A DNA stretch of 64,000 nt from the NCBI GenBank assembly GCA_002409145.1, contig DHUL01000037.1, positions 49,325 through 113,324 on the forward strand, given 5' to 3'. The translations under genes were made by a program, and so were the position numbers. The notes below the pieces were generated by a model, which saw only the letters and a list, made by a program, of their open reading frames with translations, did not search any database and had not been told where the DNA came from. This document shows positions 39,801-50,673 of this stretch, piece after piece (the first letter of the stretch is position 1; each line of letters opens with the position of its first letter). The stretch is from Bacteroidales bacterium UBA5235. GTDB taxonomy: Bacteria; Bacteroidota; Bacteroidia; Bacteroidales; VadinHA17.

Positions 39801-40071
39801 CACCGGGAGCCAGGCTGTCAGAAGTGGAGAAGTTCTCGAAGCGCAGGCCGTCAAAGCGTGTGACACCGCTGCCGGTGCCAAGCCATATGAATTCGTTTGC
39901 ATCCTGTATGACTGTATAAACCTTCGAGGCGCTCAGCCCTTCCTTTGAGCCGTACTGTTCAAAATAGTAGGTCTGGCTGTTTAACGGCGGAGGAAGTAAA
40001 ATATGAGACAAAAGCAGTAATGCCAGGACAGTTATTGAGTATTTGCCGGAGTTACTGCCTCGCCCTCGCAT
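36826..40071 (-). CDS. sensor protein: periplasmic two-component-regulator propeller repeats, Y_Y_Y domain, one TM helix, and a cytoplasmic PP2C/SpoIIE phosphatase
   Basis: 1081 aa. Repeated ..IWIGT..GL..Y propeller blades. RYQFMLEGLDKEW...GRYTF is the Y_Y_Y domain. TM helix WFIILCITSLVAGIYLFISL, then a coiled coil. Phosphatase motifs SGDFYW, DCTGHGVPGAF and FTDGFADQ. Confidence 0.8.
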   Translation of the reverse strand: MRGRGSNSGKYSITVLALLLLSHILLPPPLNSQTYYFEQYGSKEGLSASKVYTVIQDANEFIWLGTGSGVTRFDGLRFENFSTSDSLAPGGVKSICEDSRGRLWLGHIGGGVSIIGDNIIRRASFSPSIFIGVDSARISDPLRPVTSLTGDVTGITEYDGSIWVSTSLGGALRLDMPEHGVTLMTGQQYAGRQGLSNDVFGLYADHRENLYSITDMGIRKYDHASDRFVPFNPEGLTRYFLTTTIFEDSRGNMWFGTFNGGLYRQDGETGEMGFFDTRSGLWGNFVSYILEDYRGNIWVASMEDWESRGGITVFSPEGTVVYNSSNGLPAQHILCMIEDKEKNILIADRDAGLFIYKGDHFASFMAPQFMPSNDVFSLAQDHTGRYWFGTSRGLSLYNPALKEEDRIKLSGFPPSLEGTQISIISPDNEGNVWIATAGDEVYRYDIDERNFRYDLDLNASLRSLRIAAMTTDLRDNLWIGTDRALIMWDARRKQSTTYTQINGLTGNNITSLFCDSRGSLWIGTEERNGLTRFTPGSNTFTPVTFRSDVHPTAITETPDGMIWVGTIDGLYGLRNDTVKKKLTEAEGLLMNSINLLQPDRSGNLFIGTNLGLNRYDSNTGRISSFTEKSGFTGIETRPNASFADDMGDLWFGTSNGAMRLSPSMIPPVVTEPETHIWRTLVNYEVFPMHDGIRLMHTQNRIIFDFLSICLVNPGAVRYQFMLEGLDKEWITTDQNRATYPTLSPGRYTFMVRASNNYGYWNEVPAKLSFSIRGPVYMTSWFIILCITSLVAGIYLFISLRERTLRREKEHLEQKVEERTAEVVSKSLELEEKNRDTTASIRYAERIQAAMLPPENFFNDTFVLFMPRDIVSGDFYWMHDSGFKQYIAAVDCTGHGVPGAFMSIIGHNSLNKIVRESGITKPSDILDHLNIEVVHALLQRSEKAVRDGMDISVISYDILEHTVDYAGAYQPLYHVREGKVTIYRGDRFPIGMIDGQARKSFTNHRVEVKPGDMLYIFTDGFADQFGGEHEKKFKTINIRSLLAEIHMLPVEEQKFRLEKAIREWMGDLAQVDDILFIGTRVP

Positions 40072-40075
40072 CAGG

Positions 40076-42457
40076 TTATTTCTTTACAAAGAAGAATGTC
40101 CCGTCTTCATCCTTCAGGCCTGTAATCTTGCCGAATCTGGGCTTCTGCTGGTTATTCCCGGTAACGGCTTTGGTAACGTGGAGTACAATCTCGTCTATGG
40201 AGATACATGTTTTCGGATTGCCGCGCAGGGTGCTGGCAAAGGTGCGGGTGAACTGTGAGTCGTCAACCGCAAGCTCATAGCCCGCAGATGAAAAGATCTG
40301 GCTTGACTTGAACTGTGTGGCCCTCCAGTCGGCACAGTTGCGTGGCCTGGGATCTGACCTCATGGCCTGGTAGAAGCTGGGCCCCGACTCACATGCATCA
40401 GTGATCACCAGCACATGCGTCAGATAGTTCATATATGTCTCCATTGACGCCCTCAGAGTATTGAGGCTGAAGTAGGTAAACTCCTCATCGCGGCGGGCGT
40501 CAACGGGGATCCAGTAGCCCACGTCATTGATGAACTTGCCATGACCGGCGAACCAGATGACAAGCGACTTGATCTGTTTTGCCCTGACCTCGTCACGCAG
40601 GTCTATGGAAAAGAATTTTTCCATCTCCTGTTTAGTCTGGTTGCGAATGAGTTTTACGGGCAGCACCTGGTAATCATCCTCGAGCACACCGGTAATGAGA
40701 CTGGCGTCCTTGGGCGGCCCTTGCAGTGCGGCAAAGTTCTGATAATCACTATTTTCTATAAAGACCACCAGGGTGTTTCCCATGGGGTTTGATGCTGAAA
40801 TTGTTGTACCGTTACGGTCAAGCGAATAGTCCATGATGGTACGGTTGCCGTAGACGTCCTCTACAAGTATGGTAACCTTGTCATTGTTCCTGACATCAAT
40901 ACCCTTGGCAATGAATGACGGATTAAGGTTATCCTGCGAGAACTGGGCACTTATGTTTTCGATCTTCACTGACTTAATCAGGTTCTGGTCCTTCACCCTG
41001 CCCTCGATGTCAATTGTCGATGCGATGCTGTCAATCACAAGCACATTTCCTCCAAGGATGTAGGGAGCAAGGATCTGGATCTCAGGAGGATCTACCTCGG
41101 TGCGCCTGATACGGAATGTAAGGACCTTCTCGTTGTCATAGACGTCACGGGCAACGATGCGAAGGGTTTCGTCAGAAGGGATCTCCACCTCCGCGGCAAA
41201 GGGAACTGTTCCCCTGCCCTCATACCTCACTGGGATGTTATTTATTGAGAGCTCGGCAAGGAGGCTTTTGTCAGTCACCTTTCCGGTCACCATTATGCTT
41301 TTCTTGTCAAGTCCTATCTCGATCTCGCTTTTGGAAGTGATAGTCGGGGTCTCGAGCCATATATCCGGGCTGTCGTTTTCACGGTTGATGGCGTAGAGCC
41401 TGTCGTTAGCCTCGGTAAGCATCTTCTTGGCCGAGGAGCTGTTCTCGTTCATCGCCACCACCCTGGTGTAATCGTCAGCAGCCTTTTCAAAGTCATGCAT
41501 CTCCTCGTAGGAACGGGCGCGCATAAGGTAAATCTCCGGGGTGAACTGGTCGATTGTAAGGGCTCTTGTGAAGTCGCTTACGGCAGCCAGATGCTGGTTG
41601 AACTTCTGGTAGCAGGTACCGCGGGTGACATAGTGCTGCTGTGAGGCCGGTTCAAGAAGTATGGCTGTGGAGACGTCATTAATTGCAGATGGATAGTCAA
41701 GCTTTGCCTCATATACCATGGCACGGGTAAGGTATGCCTCCACATTTTTCTGATCCTGCTGAATCACCATGTTACACTGGCCGAGTGCGCTGTTGACATC
41801 TCCCTGGCGGATCAGCACCCTGGCGAGTTCAAGGCGTGCAGCTGCGAATGATTTGTCCCTGGTCACCGCCTTTTCCAGCTGCCGCCTGGCAGTGTTGTCA
41901 TCACCTTTTTTCTGGTAGATGATCCCCTGGTGGTAATAGTTGACCGCATCATCGCGCATCTGGATTGCAGTGTCAGATGCACCCAGGGCCCTGTCCCAGA
42001 GTTCCATTCCAATCAGTGAAACCACCTTTTCGGTATAAAGTTTCCCGTTGCGGAACTCCTTCCTTATGGCCATCTGCAGATAAGAGACAGCATCAGAATA
42101 GCATTTGCTTTTTTCTTCAGGGGTTGCCTTTGCCGACGCGCCCAGCAGGTTGCACATCCGCCCCAGACTGTAGAGTATGCCGGCATCATCCGGGAGGAAG
42201 TTGTTCGCCCTGCGGTAGTCATCGCAGGCAAGCCCGTAACTGCCGGTCATTTCATGAACCCTGGCCCGCCTGACATAACCGTCAGCGGAGGAAGGGTCCT
42301 CATCGATAGCCTTCGAGTATTGCTCAATAGCATCCTCAAGCATGCCATTCCTGGTGAACTCCTCACCGGCCTTTATGTACTTGCGGGCTGTCTGTCCTGC
42401 TAAATTAAGGCAGGTGACAACAAGTAATAATACAAGAACACTGAATCCTCGCTTCAT
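40076..42457 (-). CDS. secreted TPR-repeat protein with Ig-like middle repeats and a C-terminal caspase-like (C14) domain
   Basis: 793 aa with a signal peptide. About 8 TPR-like repeats, two internally similar beta-rich repeats, and the caspase His/Cys dyad contexts VIWFAGHG and VITDACESG. The stop lies 4 nt before the phosphatase ATG. Confidence 0.75.
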   Translation of the reverse strand: MKRGFSVLVLLLVVTCLNLAGQTARKYIKAGEEFTRNGMLEDAIEQYSKAIDEDPSSADGYVRRARVHEMTGSYGLACDDYRRANNFLPDDAGILYSLGRMCNLLGASAKATPEEKSKCYSDAVSYLQMAIRKEFRNGKLYTEKVVSLIGMELWDRALGASDTAIQMRDDAVNYYHQGIIYQKKGDDNTARRQLEKAVTRDKSFAAARLELARVLIRQGDVNSALGQCNMVIQQDQKNVEAYLTRAMVYEAKLDYPSAINDVSTAILLEPASQQHYVTRGTCYQKFNQHLAAVSDFTRALTIDQFTPEIYLMRARSYEEMHDFEKAADDYTRVVAMNENSSSAKKMLTEANDRLYAINRENDSPDIWLETPTITSKSEIEIGLDKKSIMVTGKVTDKSLLAELSINNIPVRYEGRGTVPFAAEVEIPSDETLRIVARDVYDNEKVLTFRIRRTEVDPPEIQILAPYILGGNVLVIDSIASTIDIEGRVKDQNLIKSVKIENISAQFSQDNLNPSFIAKGIDVRNNDKVTILVEDVYGNRTIMDYSLDRNGTTISASNPMGNTLVVFIENSDYQNFAALQGPPKDASLITGVLEDDYQVLPVKLIRNQTKQEMEKFFSIDLRDEVRAKQIKSLVIWFAGHGKFINDVGYWIPVDARRDEEFTYFSLNTLRASMETYMNYLTHVLVITDACESGPSFYQAMRSDPRPRNCADWRATQFKSSQIFSSAGYELAVDDSQFTRTFASTLRGNPKTCISIDEIVLHVTKAVTGNNQQKPRFGKITGLKDEDGTFFFVKK

Positions 42458-42486
42458 GACTTTAGGTCCTTTCCCGGTTGGGGTCT

Positions 42487-42494
42487 CAAAAATA
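42487..42494 (-). promoter_or_regulatory. candidate -7 promoter box TATTTTTG
   Basis: Exact TAnnTTTG match (rc of caaaaata), 30 nt upstream of the TPR-caspase ATG. Confidence 0.3.
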
Positions 42495-42553
42495 CGAATA
42501 ATTATTTACTAACAAGTAAAAGCAGTTATTAACATTAGTTATACGGAATTTGA

Positions 42554-43603
42554 TCAAAAATGATACGCAAATTCCAGAATACTTTTGTCAAAAAATACTG
42601 TTTTATCAGGGGTGAATCCGGGGAACGGATCAGGCACCCCGTCGCCGAAGCTTGTGTTGCCGGTGAAGCGCCGTGCTTCATCCCACTGCCCCGACTCAAG
42701 GAAACTGCCGATGATAAAGGCGCCGCCCTCAACAAAGAGCGACTGAATGCCGGCCTGCCGGAGGCTTGCCAACACCTCGCTGACGAACGGTTCAGCGCCT
42801 GGCAGTATTACGGTTCGTGTGCCGTGGAATTGTGCCTGCCCGTTGCAGGTATAGAGGACGGTTTCTACTGACCCGTCGAAGACCGACGAGGCAGGATCAA
42901 GGTTGCCGCTCCGGCTGACAATAATACGTACCGGGTTTCTGCCGCTCCAATACCTGACGGTGAGCGACGGATTGTCAGCGCGGATGGTTCCTCCGCCGGC
43001 GAGAATAGCGTCTTCACCGGCGCGCCATCGGTGAACGAGAACGCGCTCAGCCATTCCGGTGATCCAGTTTGGCCCGATGGCATCAGAGCTTTTCCTGCGC
43101 AGATCAATGAACCCGTCTGCACTGCGGGCCCACTTGAGAATCACATAAGGTCTCTTTTTCTCATGCCATGTAAAGAAGCGTCTGTTGAGACTGCGGCATT
43201 CCTCCTCCGCCACTCCGGTTATCACCTCCACTCCTGCCTGTCTGAGGCGGGCAATACCCATGCCTGCCACCTGCGGGTTGGTGTCAGGGGTGCCGATGAC
43301 CACCCGGCGAATGCCGCTGCTGATGATCAGGTCAGCGCATGGCGGAGTACGTCCCTGGTGAGAGCATGGCTCAAGGCTGACATATATGGTTGATGTGGGC
43401 AGCAGGCTGCGGTCGCTGACTGCATTGATGGCATGTACCTCGGCATGTGGAGTACCTGCTTTAAGATGATATCCCTCACCAATTATCACACCGTTATGCA
43501 CCACCACCGCTCCCACCAAAGGGTTGGGTGAGGTGCATCCCTCAGCCATTGCTGCGAGCTGCAGAGCACGTCTCATCCATATAAGGTCATCAGGTCGGGT
43601 CAT
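42554..43603 (-). CDS. ribD: bifunctional riboflavin biosynthesis deaminase/reductase RibD
   Basis: 349 aa. Zinc deaminase motifs HAEVHAI and PCSHQGRTPPC, plus a C-terminal reductase domain. Confidence 0.92.
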   Translation of the reverse strand: MTRPDDLIWMRRALQLAAMAEGCTSPNPLVGAVVVHNGVIIGEGYHLKAGTPHAEVHAINAVSDRSLLPTSTIYVSLEPCSHQGRTPPCADLIISSGIRRVVIGTPDTNPQVAGMGIARLRQAGVEVITGVAEEECRSLNRRFFTWHEKKRPYVILKWARSADGFIDLRRKSSDAIGPNWITGMAERVLVHRWRAGEDAILAGGGTIRADNPSLTVRYWSGRNPVRIIVSRSGNLDPASSVFDGSVETVLYTCNGQAQFHGTRTVILPGAEPFVSEVLASLRQAGIQSLFVEGGAFIIGSFLESGQWDEARRFTGNTSFGDGVPDPFPGFTPDKTVFFDKSILEFAYHF

Positions 43604-43628
43604 GAACTCAATTTCCTATCTTTGAATC

Positions 43629-44495
43629 ATGGCCGGAAAGGTACAAACAATAAGCGAGATCCGCCGTTGCTCCCTTGATTTGCTTAAGGAGGGATGGCCT
43701 GCAGAGGAGGCTGCGGCGCTGGCGTCAGCCATCATAAGTGAGTATACCGGGATGGGCAGGGCAGCACAGATGGCTTTCGGGGAGCGTGTTCCCGGGGCTG
43801 ATGCCGCCGCACGAATAGAGAATGCCGTTGCCCGCGCCGTAGCCGGCGAACCGCTGCAGTATATCCTTGGCTATACCGGGTTCTGCGGACACCGGATTGA
43901 GGTGGCGCCGGGTGTTCTGATACCAAGGCCCGAAACCGAGGAGATGACCATCATGATCACCAGTGAAAACAACGGCTTCACCGGAACCGTCACTGACCTG
44001 TGCACAGGATCAGGGTGCATCGCGATTGCCATTGCCCTGGCATTTCCCAGTGCTGCTGTTACAGCAACGGACCTGTCAGGTACGGCACTGGAGATGGCAC
44101 GACGAAACATCTGCATCAACGGTGCGGCCGTGAATCTGATCAGGGCTGATATCCTGAACGATGACCCTTCGCTGGTGCCCCTGAGCAATATCATGGTCAG
44201 CAATCCTCCCTATGTCACCATGCATGAGAAGGAGGCTATGCACGGCAACGTGCTTGATCATGAGCCCCATGAGGCCCTGTTTGTGCCTGATGACAACCCG
44301 TTGCTCTACTACCGGGCCATAGCAGCCGTGGCTGAAACACGCCTCCTGCCCGGAGGCACCCTGTGGCTTGAGGTGAATGAGAACTTTGCAGAAGAGACGG
44401 CTGCCCTGCTATCCCCGGGTAGCTACAGAAAGGTCCGGGTCATAAGGGATATCAGGGGCAAAGAGAGATTTATCAAAGCTGAGAAAAATGGCTGA
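43629..44495 (+). CDS. prmC: peptide chain release factor N5-glutamine methyltransferase
   Basis: 288 aa. SAM motif DLCTGSGCIAI and the catalytic VSNPPYV. Confidence 0.85.
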   Translation: MAGKVQTISEIRRCSLDLLKEGWPAEEAAALASAIISEYTGMGRAAQMAFGERVPGADAAARIENAVARAVAGEPLQYILGYTGFCGHRIEVAPGVLIPRPETEEMTIMITSENNGFTGTVTDLCTGSGCIAIAIALAFPSAAVTATDLSGTALEMARRNICINGAAVNLIRADILNDDPSLVPLSNIMVSNPPYVTMHEKEAMHGNVLDHEPHEALFVPDDNPLLYYRAIAAVAETRLLPGGTLWLEVNENFAEETAALLSPGSYRKVRVIRDIRGKERFIKAEKNG

Positions 44496-44961
44496 AAAGA
44501 AACAGAGGGAGGAACTGCTGCAGAGGGCAATGAGAGCCTGCTCGGAAAGGGAGTACTGCATCAGTGACATCTCGGCGCTGCTTGACCGCTGGGGTGCGGA
44601 TGGATCTGAGACGCGAACCTGGATAATCGACAGGCTGATAAAGGAAAAGTTCATTGACGAATACCGTTACAGCAGGGCATTTGTGCTTGACCATTTCAGG
44701 CACAGCCAGTGGGGGCGGGTAAAGATCAGCATGGCACTGAAACAGAAGAAGGTCGAACCGGAAGCCATAGCATCAGGTATGGAAGCCATCGGTGAAGATG
44801 AATACCTGGAACTGCTGCAAAAGATCCTGGGCGACCAGCGGAGGAAAATAAAGGCAAAGAACAGGCTTGACCTCAGGGGAAAGCTTCTCAGGCATGCACT
44901 GGGAAAGGGATTTGAGAGCCATCTTGTATATGACGCCATCAACTCGCTGCTGACTGACTGA
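44488..44961 (+). CDS. recX: RecX family regulatory protein
   Basis: 157 aa. Repeated three-helix pattern (REYCISDISALL, IIDRLIKEKFIDEYRYSRAFV, GRVKISMALKQKKV). Overlaps prmC by 8 nt. Confidence 0.75.
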   Translation: MAEKKQREELLQRAMRACSEREYCISDISALLDRWGADGSETRTWIIDRLIKEKFIDEYRYSRAFVLDHFRHSQWGRVKISMALKQKKVEPEAIASGMEAIGEDEYLELLQKILGDQRRKIKAKNRLDLRGKLLRHALGKGFESHLVYDAINSLLTD

Positions 44962-44996
44962 AGTCCTTTCTTTGCCTGGCTGCAGATCCATCAGGC

Positions 44997-45416
44997 TCAG
45001 AAAAGGCTGATCCACAATACCCTGAAGAACGGATAAAAAGCAGTCAGCGCCATCACACCCGAGACGGCAGCATCAGTGATGCCAACCGTCCTAAAGTTCA
45101 CCTTCGCCCTGAGGGCCGTAAGTGCAAGACCGAGGCGCATCACCAGTTGCAATGCAAAGAAGATGAATACCCTGAGTGACTGGCTGTTCCACACCATCGC
45201 TTCGTCCACCCTGCCCCTGACAATAAGTGAAAAAGCATGGGACAACCCGCATGACGGACATGGTTCACCGGTCAGTTTCTCATGAATACATGATACGGGG
45301 TACTCATTCTCATCAGGGGAATAAAAAAGGGAGTAACCCATGATTAACAGGATTACTCCGGCAAGTATAAGATTTAAAATGAAATACGGCTTGTCAGACG
45401 GGTTCAGCCTTACCAC
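44997..45416 (-). CDS. DUF2752-like membrane protein
   Basis: 139 aa. CIHEKLTGEPCPSCGLSHAF, followed by TM helices. Confidence 0.55.
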   Translation of the reverse strand: MVRLNPSDKPYFILNLILAGVILLIMGYSLFYSPDENEYPVSCIHEKLTGEPCPSCGLSHAFSLIVRGRVDEAMVWNSQSLRVFIFFALQLVMRLGLALTALRAKVNFRTVGITDAAVSGVMALTAFYPFFRVLWISLF

Positions 45417-45901
45417 TGTCCCTTTGTTGTGTCCGTCTTCGACTTCAGGGTGTCAGTGGTTCCCTCAAGTTCCTGCAGCCTGTCCTCGAGGTCAGTTCTT
45501 TTTGTGGAAGCTTTGATCTCGACAGAATCATCATTGCTGTTAATCTTAATTGTCACCTCGTTGTCACCGAACTCCTTCTCGAGGTCATCGGTAACATCCT
45601 TGATCACCTTCTCAATATCGGTAGCCCAGCCGCCTGACTTATTTGCAATCTTGCCGAGGACAAAACTCTGCGAAACTGAGATCATAAGGGCGATAATGCC
45701 GACAACAAGCCCGCCGACGAGCATCCCCTGGTTTCCCTGGGGCCTGGAAAGCCCTATTATGCCAAGGACAATGGCGATCACTGCCGGGATTATTGCAACC
45801 AGGCCTATGCATGGAATAACTGCCAGCAGGAAAGCTATTATGGCGGTCACAAGGGCACCTACACCCACTCCTGACTGCTTGGAGGATTTTTCTTCTTCCA
45901 T
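45410..45901 (-). CDS. membrane protein (DUF4190-like N-terminal helices, charged C-terminal domain)
   Basis: 163 aa. Three Gly/Ile-rich helices, then a soluble acidic tail. Overlaps the downstream gene by 7 nt. Confidence 0.5.
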   Translation of the reverse strand: MEEEKSSKQSGVGVGALVTAIIAFLLAVIPCIGLVAIIPAVIAIVLGIIGLSRPQGNQGMLVGGLVVGIIALMISVSQSFVLGKIANKSGGWATDIEKVIKDVTDDLEKEFGDNEVTIKINSNDDSVEIKASTKRTDLEDRLQELEGTTDTLKSKTDTTKGQW

Positions 45902-45926
45902 TGGTTCAAGTATTAATTGTTCCTAA

Positions 45927-46570
45927 TTACCTTATGAGGATATTTCTTGTATCCTGTTCTAAAGACGTCACAGGAACTTCAATGATGCGTCCCTTTTCTA
46001 TATTATTTTTATAAAAAATAAATGTCGGGACCCTCTCAATTGCCAGCTGAGGGTAATCTTCAAGAGGTGCGACCTTGTTGATGTCAACCCCGATGAATTT
46101 GATTCTGTCATGCGGGAATCCCCACAGGTCGGTCACTTTGATAAATCGGGGCACCTCTCTCCTGCTGTCGGGGCACCAGGTACCTAGCACGATTGTTATT
46201 GTCAGGTCATCCTTTCCGAGTTCCATGAGTTCCGCCATCACTCCCTGGTCAGGCTGGTAATCTGCGTAGCCCTTGTGATACCATTCTGAATGCGGAGGGT
46301 TGTTCAGCATGGCCGGTGTGAGTTCTCCCAGCAGCCATGTGGTGGCATCGCGGAAATCCCATACATGTGCAGCCTCTTCTTCCCCTTCCGGTTTACCGGC
46401 AAGAGCGGCATTGCCGAGGGGGGCAATCTCCGGGACCTGTGCGTCAGGCGATTGCTGTCCTGCAGGTGCCGCGGGAGACGGGTCGTCCGGTACTACCCTG
46501 TTCTTCCGGCTCGCACTGCAGCCGGCAATGAGGCCAAGGGCTGCAACGAACAGTATGACAAGAATCGTTC

Positions 46571-46574
<4 letters not shown>
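45927..46574 (-). CDS. thioredoxin-fold lipoprotein with a CxxS motif
   Basis: 215 aa. Lipobox [24 protein letters not shown] is a thioredoxin-like fold with WCPDS. ATGA-type 4-nt overlap with mutB. Confidence 0.65.
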
Positions 46575-48727
<2,153 letters not shown>

Positions 48728-48733
48728 CTGCCG

Positions 48734-50599
48734 TCAGTTTATTCCGAGTATCCTGTTGAACATTTGCAGTGTCTCAAGCACATTTGATTTGATGCTTATG
48801 AAGTGTTCCATTCCTCCGGTCTTAAGTTCCTCCATGCATGGCGGATTTCCAGCCACCACGAAGAGGGCCCTGCCACCGGTTTCCCTGAAAGCCTCATTTG
48901 CCAGTGTGGCGTACTCCTCGTCAGAGCTGCAGATAACTATTATGTCTGCCCTGGCCTCAATGGCGGCATTTATGCCTTCGGCGACGCTTGCGAAGCCGTT
49001 ATTGTCCCTGACCTCATAACCTGCCACCGCGAAGAAGTTGGATGAGAACTGTGCTCTTGCCCTGCGCATGGCGAGATCACCGATGGTGAGCATGAAAACA
49101 AGCGGCCTGCGGCCTGACTTCCCGGTAGCCAGTCTCAGTTTCTCGAACTCATCTGCACCGCGGGCAGGAATTATCGGCTTTACCTCCTCCTCCGCAGAAG
49201 GGGTGTATTCAGTAAAGAGCTTTCCGGGATCATGCTCCGGTGACCTCTTCTCCCTGAAGTCAGGATACTGGTTCGTACCCAGGAGTACTTCCTTTCTCTT
49301 TGCCATGTCAGCCTTGCGCGATGCAGCAGTCTCACTGATACGCTGTTGTATCATTCCTTTACGAAGTGCTGCAAGGAATCCTCCTTCGTTTTCAAGCTCA
49401 AGGAAGAGTTTCCAGGCCTGACGGGCTATCATGGATGTCAGTTCTTCTATATAGTATGATCCGGCTCCCGGGTCAGCAACCTTTCCGAGATGAGCCTCTT
49501 CCATCAGCAGCAGCTGCTGGTTGCGGGCGATCCTCTCGGAGAAATCACCTGCACTGCGGAATACGGCATCAAATGGCTCCACGGTTATTGACTCAGCTCC
49601 TCCGAGAACAGCGGACATTGCTTCTGTCTGGGTTCTGAGCATGTTGACGTACGGGTCAAAAAGAGTCTTGTTCCACCTGCCTGTGACCGAGTGAATGTGC
49701 ATCAGGGCTGACCCGGGTTGCTTCGTGCCATAGGCACTGACTATCTCTGCCCAGAGCATCCTGGCTGCACGCAGTTTGGCTGTCTCAGGGAAGAAGTCGG
49801 GACCGATGCCGAATGTGAACCGGAAGGAGCCGGCTGCGATGTCCGGGTCAATCCCCCTTGTGGTCAGTGCGGCCATGTATTCATTGCCAAGTGACAGGGT
49901 ATACGCCAGTTCGGCCACAGGGCCGACGCCGGCGTTGCTGAAGAGCGTGCCTGAGGGCTCCACGCACCTTATGCCCGGTGTCTCTGCCGCATCGCTGACG
50001 AGACCTGCCAGGTAATCGAGGCCCTGATCAACCGGGATGCACAGTCTGCCATTGGCGGCCAGCCTGCCAAGCGGATCAGCCGAAACGGTTATGTTCACCT
50101 GATCCAGGTCAGTGCCTGATGAGCGGAGGTATCCCTTCAGTGCGGCAACGAGCTCCTTCGCCCTGCCGGCGATTGAAAAGTTTATCTCTATACTTTCAGG
50201 ATGAATATCTTTCAGGAGCTGTGCAACCGTTTCAGGAGATGCCGACTGCGGATCAGCGACGACAAAGCCAAGTGAGGTGATGCCTCTCATCAGTATGTCA
50301 AGGGCCTTGGCGTTAGCTGCCTTATAGTCGGTCACCGTGATATCCTGGCGGATGAGCCAGTGGTTACCCTTTATCTCCACTCCCCTTACAAAGGGAAAAT
50401 CACCCGGAAGCAGGTGGCTGTGTGGCAGCTTGTCAAGATCCTCCTGCCTGTAGAAGGGCATGACAGAAAGATTGTCACGTGTTTTCCATACAAGTTTCCT
50501 GTTAAAGTCCGCCCCCTTCAGATCAGCAGTGATCTTCTCCATCCACTCCGTTGTGGAGACAGGTGGAAATTGTTCAAATAGCTTCTTTTTTTTATCCAT
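48734..50599 (-). CDS. mutA: methylmalonyl-CoA mutase small subunit
   Basis: 621 aa. Colinear paralog of the large subunit (RIARNQQ) without the DxHxxG motif. Sits 6 nt upstream of mutB. Confidence 0.9.
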   Translation of the reverse strand: MDKKKKLFEQFPPVSTTEWMEKITADLKGADFNRKLVWKTRDNLSVMPFYRQEDLDKLPHSHLLPGDFPFVRGVEIKGNHWLIRQDITVTDYKAANAKALDILMRGITSLGFVVADPQSASPETVAQLLKDIHPESIEINFSIAGRAKELVAALKGYLRSSGTDLDQVNITVSADPLGRLAANGRLCIPVDQGLDYLAGLVSDAAETPGIRCVEPSGTLFSNAGVGPVAELAYTLSLGNEYMAALTTRGIDPDIAAGSFRFTFGIGPDFFPETAKLRAARMLWAEIVSAYGTKQPGSALMHIHSVTGRWNKTLFDPYVNMLRTQTEAMSAVLGGAESITVEPFDAVFRSAGDFSERIARNQQLLLMEEAHLGKVADPGAGSYYIEELTSMIARQAWKLFLELENEGGFLAALRKGMIQQRISETAASRKADMAKRKEVLLGTNQYPDFREKRSPEHDPGKLFTEYTPSAEEEVKPIIPARGADEFEKLRLATGKSGRRPLVFMLTIGDLAMRRARAQFSSNFFAVAGYEVRDNNGFASVAEGINAAIEARADIIVICSSDEEYATLANEAFRETGGRALFVVAGNPPCMEELKTGGMEHFISIKSNVLETLQMFNRILGIN

Positions 50600-50673
50600 C
50601 AGGATTTATGTTGCTGAGGGTTGTAAATTAATGCGTGGTAAGGTTGTTAAACCATGCTTTTTATCATGACAGT

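Noticed and set aside
43604-43628. Expected FMN riboswitch upstream of ribD
   Set aside because: Only 25 bp separate ribD from the divergent prmC start, which leaves no room for a riboswitch.
45429-45926. 165-aa plus-strand ORF spanning almost the whole of 45410..45901
   Set aside because: It is a mirror ORF of a Gly/Ile/Ala-rich membrane protein gene. Its Ser/Pro-rich translation looks non-biological, and the minus-strand product has coherent TM helices and operon context.
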